Made by a program: the position numbers and the translations under genes. A stretch of DNA of 64,000 nt. It comes from Salisapilia sapeloensis CBS 127946. Taxonomy: Eukaryota; Protista; Oomycota. Under the pieces are notes generated by a model. The model saw only the letters and a program-made list of their open reading frames with translations. It was not told where the DNA came from and did no database searches. The stretch covers positions 1 through 64,000 of the forward strand of contig JAADVB010000019.1 in assembly GCA_023334545.1 (NCBI GenBank), in the 5' to 3' direction. Below are positions 22,030-35,281 of the stretch, piece after piece; the stretch's first letter is position 1, and each line of letters begins with the position of its first letter.

Positions 22030-23994
22030 TTTTTCTCTTTCCGAGTGGTAAGTAGGTATCTTTAAGATAGTTTTATTTATACATCCACTAAATTATCTAC
22101 ATATAGTTTTAGCTGCTAAAGTCAAGGTACAATTTGTACTTTTGAATGTGATATGGAGGTGAAAATATCCGGACTTGCGATCATGAAGGGTTCTTTGTCA
22201 ACCCAGAGAAACTTGGAGCTCCTTCCATGGCCCAATCAAGTGGTCACACTAAAAAGAGTAGTAAACTTGTATGCGACTTTATTTTCTTCGTATTGGCGCT
22301 TGTTGAAGTCGCATGAAAGAGCTATCTAGCTGCTCAAATGAAATCGACGATAACTTTACGACGTAGTAGACTTGTTGATTGTGTCGTCACAGGACAACGC
22401 GAGGCAGATAAACAATTTTAGGTGACCGAGTGTGGAAAGCACTATCCAAAAGCTGCTATGATGAGAGGAATTTGGAGCACATGCAAACAAAGAAAGCTTT
22501 CGTTCGATCTACTGCAGTATTATAGAATAAAGAGCTAGGCACATCAATGGGGATGATTCCCACGTGTATATGCTGAAATCAAGCAGTAAACTGTGCTTCA
22601 ACTAATTTGCCTAGAGCATTCTAATGGTGGATATGAAAAGAAAAGAGTTGTAACTAGATCGGTCGATTGACAACTGGGAAAACTATAGAAGATTTTTAAA
22701 ATGTAAGAAACTGCAATTAAATACCGCGTCAAGTGTGATTGAAGCTAAGTACCATCGAACGCTTGGGATGGCTACATCCGGCTATATATGCACAGTGTGG
22801 TAACGTTTACTCGGCGCTGGACATGCAGCAAGTAAACTATGAACAAAATTAATTTTATATTTTCAAGATGAAACACTGCCGGGAAGTAAAGCGTAAGTTG
22901 AAAGTATCGAGCCTGAACAAGTTCTTTTATCCCAGATACAATGCAAGATTGGAATTTTCCACTCGAGCTCATCATCGTTTGTTTGATTGTTCTCTCTATC
23001 TTCTTTCCCTTTCCTTCAAATCTAACGTCACGTTAGCATAGGAGTCGACTATCACTGTAGTGCAACATCTTCAACTTAAGTACTGATGACTCGAAGCTTA
23101 TGAAAGGGACGTTCAGACAAAGACACGAAGCATCAAATATCGGCTACTCGCGTTTTCGGGCAGTACTAAACATTTCCTCTAGACATAAGCAACCCGCCAC
23201 GAGGCAACTCAAAAGCTGGTGTAAATAGGAATTACATCGTTAAATCAAATCGTACAATGTGTACCATACAACAATTCATTTCATAGACTATACTATGAAA
23301 ATAATTCAACGACTTGCATCATGATTTTCGCAACTTTGCGATGTGCATCACCCTATATTTCCCTCCGATAGACAACGGATAGATATGTAGAAGATTGATG
23401 TGTAACGACTTGCAGGTATAATAAATCGTATGGATCAGAACATCAATCTTCAGAGCTGCAGCTCTTGCATGAATTAAAACTTGCATCTTTCTGATCTACC
23501 GTTGTATCGCGCTTCTTCGGGATGATCCTGTTGTAGTCATTTTATAGGACGAAGAGTAAAAGTTCAAGTGTACGTATTATTTCAAACATCTGTCTTGGAT
23601 CTTGAAGAAACACGGTAGCTGGTAGTACTCGACTGATAGTAGTACAAAAAAGGTAAATCTGCCGTGTGTGGATGTTAACTGCGTTTAGTTATATGCTGTC
23701 GCTGCTTTATCAATAAACACTCTCTAGCATGTCATAAAAAGGTCGGTTTAAGCAAATGCATCGAATTGTGACAGGTAGTAGGATAGCGTATCAAGGTCAC
23801 TGTGCATATATTAATCCGACATCTTACTTGCATTTCTTTTCATTTAAAAGCGATGTTCTCCGTCAATTCTACATTTAGTCGAGTACTAGGTGACTGTACC
23901 CTTCTCTGAGGATCGATATCTTTCGTGCATGTAGACTCCCAAGTCGGATAGTTCGAGACGAATATAACGACCATATCTTTGCGAGTTGCCATGA

Positions 23995-24546
23995 TTAGAC
24001 CAGCGCCGCTTCCATCGAAAAGACGTCGAAGAGATAGTCAATACAGTAGTCCAAGTACTCGTCATTGCCACGGTCTTGGTCGTCCTGAGGAGTTGTATGT
24101 GGGGTAAGGCTCAGACCCGAGTGCTGGATGAACGCGAACGTATCTCCGTACGTGAGGCTAGCGGTCGGGGAGGTGACGCTATCATCATCACTGGAGACAC
24201 TCGCATCTGCTTGAAACAGGAGCTCTGCGAACCGGTCACTCGTCACCTCCAATCGATGTTCTTGGCGACTGAGACTTCGACGCTGTTTCTTCAAACCTTT
24301 CGCGTGTCTCGCCATCTTCTCAAAGTACTTTTGTGCATGCTATCATGAGCAGTTAGTTAGGGAGCGTGCCCGAGTTAGCGCGACATTAATAAAACATACT
24401 GTTTGGGTCTGGCGAGCGTTTTTTGTTCCAACAACCTTAGACATATCTTTCCAAGCTCCCCGAGGGTAGATTCGAATGGCTTCAAGGAAGCGTTCATGCT
24501 CCTCTTGTGTCCATAGTTGTTGCTTTCGATTGCACGGGGATGCCAT
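23995..24546 (-). CDS. SHAQKYF-type single-repeat Myb transcription factor
   Basis: WTQEEHERFLEAIRIYPRGAWKDMSKVVGTKNARQTQT|HAQKYFEK after removing the gtatgt...tgatag intron. The true start could be further upstream. Confidence 0.85.
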
Positions 24547-24650
24547 TGATGAGACTGGAAGCTGTTCCTGATGGTGATTGTACTAATTCGAGGAAAATTG
24601 GATTGTGATATCACGCCATCCACTTGGACCTTCATCGTCTCGTCAACCCT

Positions 24651-25217
24651 TTAAACCATGTCGCGATCGACGGAATTTAAACGTAGCTTCACATTTGGCA
24701 GCGGCTCTATGATTCGTTTGTGGTCGAGCTCGTTCCACTTTGAACATGTCCCGCGGATATCGTGAACATCAATCGCTCTTCGCCCAACCATTCATCGCCA
24801 CAAAGAAATCACATCTGATCTCGACGGCGAATCGTACTAGAAAAGTTCGCCATACATGAAGCAGGTACGAATATATAGAAGCACAATTAGGCGTCATTGG
24901 CGGGTGATCGCCATGGTTCATCAATCTGTCTTTGAGCAGTACTACGTCATGTTCCTTGGAAGGATAACTGATAAGCACACTCCATTTCACACCAAGCCAT
25001 GGCATATCGTCTATTCGATATATCAAGGATCCTTGTTACAATGTGGGCACGCATGACAATGGAATCATCGCACTGTATTATTAGATCGCATGGATACGTG
25101 GCTGCGTGTGCATGTACAAAAATTCGTGGAGGCTTGATCAAGTTCGTATATTTGACTGGCGACCTTGATGCCTGCTCGTAGAATACCGTCCATGAGCATG
25201 GCTTCATCCGTGGGCAT
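24651..25217 (-). pseudogene. Possible frameshifted remnant of an oomycete START-like domain gene
   Basis: Coding-like segments in different frames: MPTDEAMLMDGILRAGIKVASQIYELDQASTNF / CDDSIVMRAHIVTRIL / DDMPWLGVKWSVL...DVVLL. They resemble the D.PF.FLG(I/V)KW block of oomycete START-like proteins. I found no plausible-length introns that repair the frames. Confidence 0.35.
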
Positions 25218-25417
25218 TGTACCTCTATACTTTCATTCGAATGGGTCGATTGACTTGCACCCGTTCACCCGATTCAAATGATGTACAAGATATTTTTGGA
25301 TGAAAGGACAGTATACATCTGGAAATGTTGATTTCTTATCGGTATCCACAAGCTTTCTATCCGACTTGATCGAGCTGTTCGTCGCGAATGAAATGGATAG
25401 TTGTATGGCAACTACTT

Positions 25418-27565
25418 TTAACTATGCTGTCCACGAGATGGGCCGAGGAGCAAATTTTCCAGATATAAAAGAAGTTTCGAAGCCTCTTCTTGTTCTTCCG
25501 CCATTCGAACCAACTCTTCAATACTGCTTTTGCCCAACAATCGCTTCTGTAAGTCTCTCTGCATCCGCTTCAAGATCCTTTTATGCCAAACTGGCATAAG
25601 TGTACTTGCTGGTGCAGGCAGGAAGAATTGAACGACCGGACGGCAATGTGGAAGCAAGTGCCAGTCATCGAATGATAGTCGGTTCGATCTAGAGAATAGT
25701 CGCAATCGTCGGCAGTCGACAGTAAACAACGTTCTGGATTTTAAGCCGTCAATAATATCTGTCAATAGAGCAGTTTCATCGACGGATCGAATCAAGTTTC
25801 GAGCTTGAATACCAATGATTTCACCCCGAGTAGAGTAGATGACCGTGATTCTTTCGTACGCTTCCAATGCGACTGATCTGTGTGAAACTTGCATCCTTTC
25901 TCCATTTAGACTGTATAACTTGACCTCTTTGTGCATTTGCTCAGCAAGTTGCCAAGTTTCTGGATGTACCAGCACTTTCATATTATCCAAGCAAGTCTTT
26001 GCTAGTCGCCTCGTCACTTTCATCAGCTGGAAGGAAGGTCGTTCCTCTTCATTAAGTAGCCCGATAGATTTTAACAATGCTTCATCTGCTGCACTTCGTT
26101 TCCAAATTCTCGCTAAATGCGTTTTCCATATTAAGTCACTTGTAGATGAACGATGCAGTAGAGAGAACCATTGACGATTAATTAAACTCATCTTGAAAGT
26201 GGTCTTGATATCGAGAAAAGAGATAAATGTTAATAAGTTTCGCTTGCCATTGTGCTTACGACTTCCTGTAGAAAGCTCATTTGGAAGGTAGAAGCAATCA
26301 CGAAAGCATACACGGCGCGTAGGATCCAAGGTCGCGTCCAGTTTAAGCGTCGATTGACAGAAACTGGTCGGCGCTGACATGTTTGTTGAGTTGCTTATCG
26401 CAGGTAACTGTAAACCTCCAGATACTGATAGTTGAACGGAGGATGGAACTGACATGAGCTTCCGTCGGGCACGAGATGACCTGACTTTGATTTGGTTCTC
26501 TGGAGGTTGCGGCTTCTGACTTTCATGCATGCGTGCAGATGTGCTAGAAACAACCTGTAGCCCACTTGCTGATAGTGATTGTGCCTTTCGATTGCTTCTA
26601 TCAATGGAAAGAGATGTCGAAACTGATACCCGAGGAGACGGAATCGGATTCGACATTGAACACTTGGTTGGAATAGGCTCTGGATGTGCACTCATAAACG
26701 GTTTAATCGAAAAATTATTGCCTTCCATGCTCTTACGACAAACTGCTGAGCAATAAAAGCGCATCATTTCATTCTTCTTCGGTTTTAATGAGTTCATGGA
26801 CCCATGCTTCAGTCGACGAAACTGGGTACCACAAGTCCAGCATGTCACTGTTGTTTGCCCATTTCCAGCACTTGGCTTTCGATGCCCGATATGAGCTCTG
26901 GATCCAGTCGTATCATCCTTTGCAGTCGTACTGAATACACGTAATTCTGCCTGTGCTCTTTCAGAGGGTACGATGCGTCTAGGAGATTTTGGTTGAATCG
27001 AACGTCTAGTATGTGGAGTCTTTACTTTCACTTCGTTATCGGATGCTGAGCTCTTATTCGATCGAACTGACAACTTGCCTTGAGCCTCTTTATCCAATTG
27101 ACGGAGATGAGACGATAAAGCAACAAAGGATTTCCAGTCCACTTCATGAGATGTTACAGTACGTTTATAAAGCTGTTGGATCGAATAAGGTGGCGTTTCC
27201 AGTAAACGCTTCCCACTAATCTGTTCCGATATCATGAACTGGGCCAACGCCGTGAATCCATTCACATGTAGACACTGTGCCAATTCCAACGAGTCCCAAT
27301 AAGACGGTGAGAGGTCTGAAAGAACTTTTGGGATCAAAATGTCCTCCACCGGCATCGGCTTGGTATCGACCTGTTCAGTTAGCGCATTGACAAGGACTGC
27401 TGAAGGATGTGGCTTTGCAGATTTCCATTTCGTCCCACTTTTACCAGGTTTGCAACTTTGCTTCCAAGCTTGTCGTTCGACATCCATGCGCACTTGGACG
27501 CTCGTAAGCCGGTTGGCTAAAGCAGCAACTTCCTGTTCGAGCTGCTGTGTCTGTGCAGACGACAT
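25418..27565 (-). CDS. F-box protein with N-terminal coiled coil, SAM-like domain and CxxC...CxxxC Zn-finger-like motif
   Basis: WDSLELAQCLHVNGFTALAQFMISEQISGKRLLE (SAM-like), CWTCG...FYCSAVC, LLTFISFLDIKTTFKMSLINRQW....IWKTHL (F-box-like). The start is at 27565 or 27622. Confidence 0.7.
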   Translation of the reverse strand: MSSAQTQQLEQEVAALANRLTSVQVRMDVERQAWKQSCKPGKSGTKWKSAKPHPSAVLVNALTEQVDTKPMPVEDILIPKVLSDLSPSYWDSLELAQCLHVNGFTALAQFMISEQISGKRLLETPPYSIQQLYKRTVTSHEVDWKSFVALSSHLRQLDKEAQGKLSVRSNKSSASDNEVKVKTPHTRRSIQPKSPRRIVPSERAQAELRVFSTTAKDDTTGSRAHIGHRKPSAGNGQTTVTCWTCGTQFRRLKHGSMNSLKPKKNEMMRFYCSAVCRKSMEGNNFSIKPFMSAHPEPIPTKCSMSNPIPSPRVSVSTSLSIDRSNRKAQSLSASGLQVVSSTSARMHESQKPQPPENQIKVRSSRARRKLMSVPSSVQLSVSGGLQLPAISNSTNMSAPTSFCQSTLKLDATLDPTRRVCFRDCFYLPNELSTGSRKHNGKRNLLTFISFLDIKTTFKMSLINRQWFSLLHRSSTSDLIWKTHLARIWKRSAADEALLKSIGLLNEEERPSFQLMKVTRRLAKTCLDNMKVLVHPETWQLAEQMHKEVKLYSLNGERMQVSHRSVALEAYERITVIYSTRGEIIGIQARNLIRSVDETALLTDIIDGLKSRTLFTVDCRRLRLFSRSNRLSFDDWHLLPHCRPVVQFFLPAPASTLMPVWHKRILKRMQRDLQKRLLGKSSIEELVRMAEEQEEASKLLLYLENLLLGPSRGQHS

Positions 27566-27656
27566 CCCCCTGTGTACAACACACGATCGATCGGATAAGG
27601 TGGGATGAAGCATTGCAACCAAAATCTATTTTTGTATGCAAGTGCATTCAGTAGGT

Positions 27657-29942
27657 TTACGAAGAGGCTGGTGATGGCAATCGCAGTGCATGGTATAAGA
27701 ATGTAAACTCCATGGCACTATCCTGTAGCAACTCGAGCTTCCCGCCGCCACCGAAATGTCCATCCTCTTCTCTCATATCTAAAAGCACAACGTTCTTCGG
27801 GCTCTCCTGTCGTTGTGCTTGTAGTTTCCGGACGTTGTATACCCATTTTAACGGTTCCCAATACCCGACACGAGGGTCATTCAAGCTACCAGTCACAAGC
27901 ATCGATGGATACTGCTGTCCGGGTTTCATGTTTGCAATCGGACCGTAGGATCGAATGTAATCATACACATGTGGTACATTCGGATCCCCCCATTCCTCAT
28001 ACTCATGAAGCGTCAGGGGTAGAGATGGATCCATCATCGTATTCAGAATGTCGAGGAAAGGTACTTTAAAGATGAGTGCTTGGAAGAGATTTGGATACTC
28101 ATTCGCCATGACACCCATGATTAAACCACCTGCACTTGCGCCCTTCCCAGCTACAAGACGTGGCTGCGTGTATTTGGCATCGATCAAGTATTGCGTACAA
28201 GCGACAAAGTCATCGAAAGTGTTTCGTTTCTCTAGTTGACGACCAGCATGGTACCATTTAAATCCGAGCTCTCCTCCGCCTCGGACATGCGCAAGTGCGA
28301 TCACCCATCCTCTTTGTAATAGACTTAGATGTTCTAACTGGAAATCGACATCCAAGTTGGTCCCATACGCTCCATATCCTAGTACTAACGTTGGGTTTCG
28401 ACTGTTCAAAACCAGGTCTTTGTGGTGAATGAGTGTCATGGGAACTTGTATAGATGCATCAAGAGAAGGAACGAAGAGTCGTTCGCAGACGTAGTCATGT
28501 GGAACGAAGGATGTGACCTCTTTCTCGTCCGAGGAGGTAGCTGACTTGGGGACGAAAGACCTCTTTAACTCGATCAACTCTTCTGTTTCCATGTTGTAGT
28601 CGTACACAATCTCTTGGATGAGAGGGGTAGAGAGTGCGAAGCGGACGATGTGGGATCGAGGATCACGGTTGACACCAGGAAAGACGTGGCTTACGCTATG
28701 CTCCGACGGTAGTGGCACGATGTGCTCTTTGGAGATTTCACCGCTTCCTGTCAACGTGATAACACGTACGCGTGGCAAACTATGCACGCGTTCGTATAGG
28801 ACGAGATAGGTATCGAATAGGTCTACATCGTCAATTTTCACGTCGTCAGATGCGGATACGAGGGTCTTCCAAGTCTCGTCAGCATTGGATGCTGTCATGA
28901 TCTTGTAGTTAGACGCGCTATCTGCGTTTGTGACGAAGATGAAACGATCATTTGCATGCTCGGCAAAGTAAATGGTATCTTCTTCCCGTGTTCGTATACA
29001 CTTTGGACGAGCGTGTTGGTCATTGCTGTCAAGTGCCCAGATTTCAGAAGATGATTTCGTATTACAATTGATGAGTACGTAACGACCGTCTTTGGTCTTT
29101 GAAAGATCTACAAAGACAGACGGATTGGCTTCTTCATAGACAAGCATAGCAGAATGACTGGCGCAGTCGTAGCGATGAATACGAAACGGTCGAAGCTGAT
29201 GATCTGTCTGTGAAAAATAAAAGACAGGCGCTCGGTTGTCTTGAGAAGATGCCCACTCGACGTTGCGTATATTCTGGAGGACCTCGTGGTCTAGTTTGTA
29301 CGGATGCAGCTTGCCTGTTTGCAAATTTCGCATGACAAGATGGCAGCGTTCGTCGTCATCTTGTAAGACGACGAGCAGTAGTTGATCGTCGTGAGAGATT
29401 TTCATGGCTGTGACGAGGTGATATCCATCATTCGGCAGCGTCATGCTGTTTTGATCGAACACGACGCTTTCTGTCCTAGATACCACATGCCGACGATAGT
29501 ACACAGGAAAGTTATCCTTTACATCTTGGCGACTGTAGTATTCGTAATCACCAATACGTTCTGGAATTGACTGCATGTCTTGCTGCAGCAATCGCTCGCG
29601 CATTTCGAGATACAAATGGCGTTCGAGTGATCGAAGACGTGGCTTTTGGAGGAACTTGGACAAGTAGTCCTCTTCCATCTATCTCGACGAACGTATGAGT
29701 AACATTTGCACGCTGCGATCGTATGAAAATGGTAGTGGCACCTCGAGAAATTGATGCAGCTTGGGATGATCGAGCTGTTGGAGCCATTTTGGCTCCGGAG
29801 GTAGCTTGGGGGCACTAAATGCTCGATTCTGAATCCATTTCTCAGTAAAGTGGGTGCTAGGAGTCTTGAGTAAGAGGTCTCTGCCGCGTCGAACGGCTTG
29901 CTTTCCACGTAAAGCCCGCACTCTCGTCACCAGCCACTGCAT
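27657..29942 (-). CDS. ptrB: Oligopeptidase B / protease II (S9A) with putative mitochondrial presequence
   Basis: YGYGAYG-like LGYGAYG, HVRGGGELG, GASAGG nucleophile elbow, DPRV.YWEP.KW and GHFG. Intron 29679-29741 joins LHQFLE|MEEDYL. Arg-rich N-terminus MQWLVTRVRALRGK. Confidence 0.92.
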
Positions 29943-30374
29943 GCCTTTTACTTGTCCACTTTCGTGTTCGACCGGCTCGTTATGATTGGTGTAAATCAAG
30001 TTTACAAAAATATTATTGGGTATAATTCACAGAGCTTCTTCTACGACACTATGAACCTTTGTGCACCCTCTTTCTCTCTAGTATCCAGCACGTATGCTCA
30101 CATGGAGAGCAATGGGTGTGCATGTGCAAGTGGATTGTGACCTGGATTCACTCCATCCACGGCAGTGACAAGACCATCTGCAGCTTACAAACTCCAAGTC
30201 CGTTGCGCCTCGTCCAATCAGCACGTCGGAAAACTCTCGATTTGACAACGGCCGTTGATAGTACTGGAGAAAGCTCGATCATCCCCATTTTTCTCCCCTT
30301 CCTCCTCGTCTCTCGATTGCTCGTATTCGAACGTTGCATCTTCCACTACTTTGCTATACCTTATAGATACTAGT

Positions 30375-33300
30375 ATGGAAGGCGTCAAGGTACATGCTTT
30401 AGCATTTCATAGGACGTGAGCTCGATATGACTGGAGTGGATATGATGTAGGTATATGTACCTGATGAGGAACATGTTTGGCTCCCAGGCGTCGTCCGTCA
30501 TGCGACTGGGTCCAACATAAGTGTCCAGGTTGAAGGTTTAACTGGACCGGAGGATCCATCGACACTAGCTTCGTTACCAGGAGAACAAGATTTGAAAGAT
30601 TTAGTCGGGACGGCACGAGAAATCGACTTGTCCGATGCGAACGTCCGGAAGACGTTAAATGCTCGTCATGTAGCTGTGTCTAATAATGATTCAAGTGAAG
30701 ACGTCAAGGATGCGTCGTTAGCGCTTCCATTACAAAACACAAGTGACAGCACGGCCGATGGCTTTGCCGATATGATCACGATTGATCATTTGCATGAAGC
30801 TTCCATTTTATATAACCTCCGCCAACGTTTCTTTCGTAAACTACCTTATACGTACACTGGTAGTATCTGCATCGCAGTGAATCCGTATCAATGGCTCGAT
30901 CTGTACGAAGACAAGGTCATGCATCAATTTAGTGACGGCAATCGCGAATCGAAGCCTCCACACGTCTATGCCGTATCGATGGAAGCTTTCTTCCACATGA
31001 AACACGAACGTATTAACCAGTCGATCCTCGTGAGTGGCGAATCTGGTGCCGGGAAGACCGAGACGACTAAGATCGTCATGTCCCACTTGGCTACACTCGC
31101 CACAAATAGCAATTCAAAAGTCATTCAGCAGATCATCCAAGCGAATCCTCTACTCGAATCCTTTGGTAACGCCAAGACTGTTCGAAATGATAATTCGAGT
31201 CGCTTTGGAAAGTTCACGGAGCTCCAATTCTCATCCGAATGTCAGCTCCTAGGCGCTCGATCGCGTACGTACTTGTTGGAAAAGTCTCGTGTGACGACCC
31301 AAGCGCCTGGTGAACGTAACTTTCACATCTTTTACCAGTTACTGGCGGAACCCGATCGGTTCCAAGGCCTCCACTTGCCAGTGAATCAACACTTTCACTA
31401 CTTGACGGACGGTGTGTTTGATCCAGAAGAAGGTAGTTTAGGACAGACTTGTGAAGCCTTGGAGCTGATCGGTATTAGTGGTGAGTTGCAGCACGAGATC
31501 TTCCAGATCCTCGCAGCGATTCTTCATCTCGGCGAAACGACGTTTTCGAGTAAAGATGGCGACGTCGATGCGTCTCAAGTGTCGAATAAGAGTCCATTTG
31601 GACAAGCATGTGAGCTCTTGGGTGTCGAGATGAATGCGTTAGAACTTGCTGTGTGCAGTCGAAACGTCCACGTTGGTCGCGAAGTGATTCCAAAGCCTAT
31701 GACGAGTGATCAAGCAAGTGACTGTCGAGATGCACTCGCTAAGAGTTTATACTCGAAGCTCTTCTTATGGCTCGTGGATCAAATCAATGAGACGATTGGT
31801 GTCGAAACAAGTGCCATGACGAACTTTATCGGTATCTTGGACATCTTTGGCTTTGAACACTTTGAACATAACTCGTTTGAACAGTTTTGTATCAATTATG
31901 CGAACGAAAAGCTACAGCAAAAGTTCGTCCAAGATGTCTTAAAGACCGTCCAGATCGAGTATGAAGAAGAGAACATCTCGTGGTCTCATGTGACCTTTGC
32001 AGACAATCAAGACGTCTTGGACTTGATTGAAGGCAAACTAGGTGTCATTAGTTTCTTGAATGAAGAGAGTTTATTAGCTACAGGGACAGACGCTGCCTTT
32101 GCGAGTAAACTCGGTGCTGTCATGGCCGAGAATGAGCTGCTCGAGATCCCACGACTGAATAAATGCGCTTTTACCATCCAGCACTACGCTGGGAAAGTCA
32201 CGTACGACGCATCTGGTTTCCTTGATAAACATCGAGACCAGATTCTACCGGACATTAAGCTCTGCATGAGTCAATCGTCGCGTCGGATCCTCTCGAAGAC
32301 GTTTGAAGCAGAGGATCCACCGGCACCAAAGGCTCGACCAGGTGCGAGGAGGAAGACACAAGCGCAGCCGAAGCGTACGACTGTCGGATCGCAGTTTAAA
32401 GAGAGTTTATCAGAATTGATGGACAAGATCGGACTAACGGAAGTGCATTATGTCCGGTGCTTGAAGCCGAATAGCGTCAAGTCAGCATATGCGTTCCAGC
32501 ATGCGGAAGTCGTCAACCAACTTCGATGTGCTGGTGTGATTGAAGCCATTCGCGTGAGTCGAAGTGCGTATCCGAGTCGGTTGGTGCATGCCGAGTGCGT
32601 CAAGAAGTTTTACATGTTGTTGCCGGAAGGTGAGACGACGGACGATCCCGTCGCGTTAGGACAGGAACGTGATAGTGACGTGATGAAGCAGACGTGTGAG
32701 AAGATGATGGAGAAACTCTTACCGGATGGTAAGATCGTCGACTATCAAGTCGGTCTCACGCGCGTCTACTTCCGTGAAGGTATCTTAGAAAAGCTCGAGA
32801 GCCAACGTGCATGGGCACTACGTCGTCACGCGACGTTAATCCAAAAGGTCGCAAGAGGCTTCGTCGCGCGACGTCGATACGTGAAGCAAAAGACGAGTGT
32901 CGTGCGTATTCAAACGGTCTATCGACGATACGTTGCCATGCGTGACTTTATCGTGGTGAAAAAAGGTGTGACAAAATGCCAAGCACGTTTCCGAGGTCAA
33001 ATGGCTCGAAAGAACTTCCAAGCGATGAAGTTTGACTATGGCATCATCCGTTTCCAAGCATCTTGTCGCGCCTTCTTGTTCCGGCGCAAGTATTTACGTC
33101 GTAAGGATGCTGCCATTCGACTTCAACGCTTCTGGCGATTTACGCTGCTGCGTCTTGTGTTCTTGAGAAAGATGGAGAAGGAGAAGAAGTACAAGGCACT
33201 GGGGTCCAAGGTTGCCAACCTCCAGAACAAGCTCAATCGCAAGGCAAACGTCCCGTCATCATCTCCGAAGCCTGCTGCAGCCGAAACCAAGTCGACTACG

Positions 33301-34551
33301 AGTACGAGCTCGACCGTCGCGGCGGACAGTCCACCGACAGGGTCCAGCGGAAGCCGGAATTCGATGTACTACGGTAGCAACTCTAGTCGTTTTTCTCTTG
33401 CGAGTACGGGAGGTATCTTGGACGAGTCGAATGAAGTGATCAAGGAGCTTCATGATGAGAATGAAAAGCTTCGTATGCAATTGGAACAACAGGAGGATCT
33501 GATCAAGTCGCTGAAGCAAGAGAATCGAGCGTTAAAAGAGTGGCAACAGTCCAAGGAAGTGGATGATAAAGTGCAGAAGATGGCACATCGAGATCAGGAA
33601 AGTAAAGACTTGTCGTACTTGTATGCGCTCGAGAGTGAGTATGAGAAACTACGAGCGTACATTTGTGACGCGATGGAGCTACCTCCTGATACTGGTTCCT
33701 TGTTAAAGGAGCCGAGTATGGCGTCGCAAGGACCGACGAACCGACGGAGTTCGATTAGCTCCGACAAGACGACACCGAGCTCGGAGATTGGTGGTGAAGC
33801 ACAGCAAGTCGTGATGAAGAGTGCTTCGAGGCTAGCGCATGCACGGAGTAAAGTGAATGGGAAAGGCAGTGCGCGACGCGTCAAGGACTTTTGGGAAGAG
33901 ATTCGTAACTTTCCACCACCGATGCACTACTCGCTCGGGTCTGTGCCGTGGAAGCGGCTGCTAACGGACTGGGCACAGGGCAATCCGAAGAAACTGGATT
34001 ACATGACGAGGTGGTTGAAGAATGTCCTTGATGGTGGTCCGATTGTCTCGGATACGTTTCCGATGGGCGTTGAGCTCAAGTACGTCACGCCGATGATGCT
34101 CGATGGGTTTATGCAATTAATCATCCCTAAACTCGCGGAAAGATCGGACATCAAGGTGCACGTACATACGAAAGAGTTCATCGGTACGAGCATGCGCATC
34201 ACCTTGTCAGAGGCCGATCCGACGAAAGCGCTGAACGCGTCGTATTCGAGCATGCCGCCTCGACAAGGCGGATACACGTACGCTCGGCCTGGTTCCCAGC
34301 GCAAGATGGAGCGCAGTCAGCCGATGGACGCAGAGGACTTCCAACGTATCTCGATCTTGGCGAACAACTCGCCGAACGTCAGTCCAGCAGGTGGGCCAGA
34401 GCAACCTGCGACTCGACCATCGATGAGCTCTAGTCCGTCTGATTCTAATCTTACGACCGGATCAGGCAAGTCTGGCGGTCTGTTCCGTGGTAGTCGCAGT
34501 AAAGATCACGACGGTTCGGGTCGCCATTCGTTCTTCGGCTTCAAGCGATAG
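30375..34551 (+). CDS. Myosin heavy chain (motor, IQ repeats, coiled coil, unnamed tail block)
   Basis: First exon MEGVK, intron 30390-30450, then VYVPDEEHVW. P-loop GESGAGKT, NDNSSRFGK, LDIFGFE, YVRCLKPN. Several IQ..RG motifs. Confidence 0.95.
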
Positions 34552-35281
34552 GTACGGACGACAAGTCGGTAGGTAAGACACATAGGACGATTTCTTTCAT
34601 TCTTTCCTCGTTCAAGTCTGTCGTTGCTATCTTTTTATGTACAACGTGGGAACAGCTTCATGTGATGGTGCAATATGACTTGACCACAGACCAGTCTAAG
34701 ATGGTGGGTGAAGTACAAGATGAGTGTTACGTTACCTCTTCGCACCATCGTTGTCATAATTTTTAGAAAACGCACGTCCGGATGGGCTTCGGAAAGGGTG
34801 GAGCCGGACAATCTATCTCTTGTTTATTTCCAACGCTATGTAAAGACCAGTTGCTCCATGCACCGCGGTTTGGTCATGTCTCGGGCTTGGTAAAGTCTAT
34901 CGACTTCAGACCACATGTACCTCACTTTGTCGTCCTGCGTAATGACTGCTTGTCTACTCCTCTTCTGACATCAAAGAGACTGATTAATCTGATCCATTGT
35001 CCGAAGAAGTACACGAATATACATGGGAAGCCAACTCTATTCGAAGCCCGTCTCCCTGCTGAATCAGTTTCCTACAACCTTCGGTAGCTCCGTAGTATAC
35101 ATTTGGTGAGCATGATATCGTAAATTGTATGTGAACGATTCGGGTTTCTCGCTGGTGTCCAGTCCAATGATCACATGATGAGTTACCAACAAGTGGCAAG
35201 TGGCGTACTTACCCTAATGTTTGCTCTAACATTGTGATCCACACCTTTTACATTCTAGCTCCGATCGCTTGATCAAGTTTG

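Noticed and set aside
22030-23880. 1.85-kb gene-free stretch, checked for TE relics, ncRNA or repeats
   Set aside because: No convincing ORF, tandem repeat, TIR/LTR or RNA-gene signature seen. The same holds for 42833-44036, 55700-57080 and 62130-63370.
29676-29741. Apparent stop-codon readthrough (SSR*MEEDYL) in oligopeptidase B
   Set aside because: Explained by a 63-nt GT-AG intron (29679-29741) that ends at that TAG.
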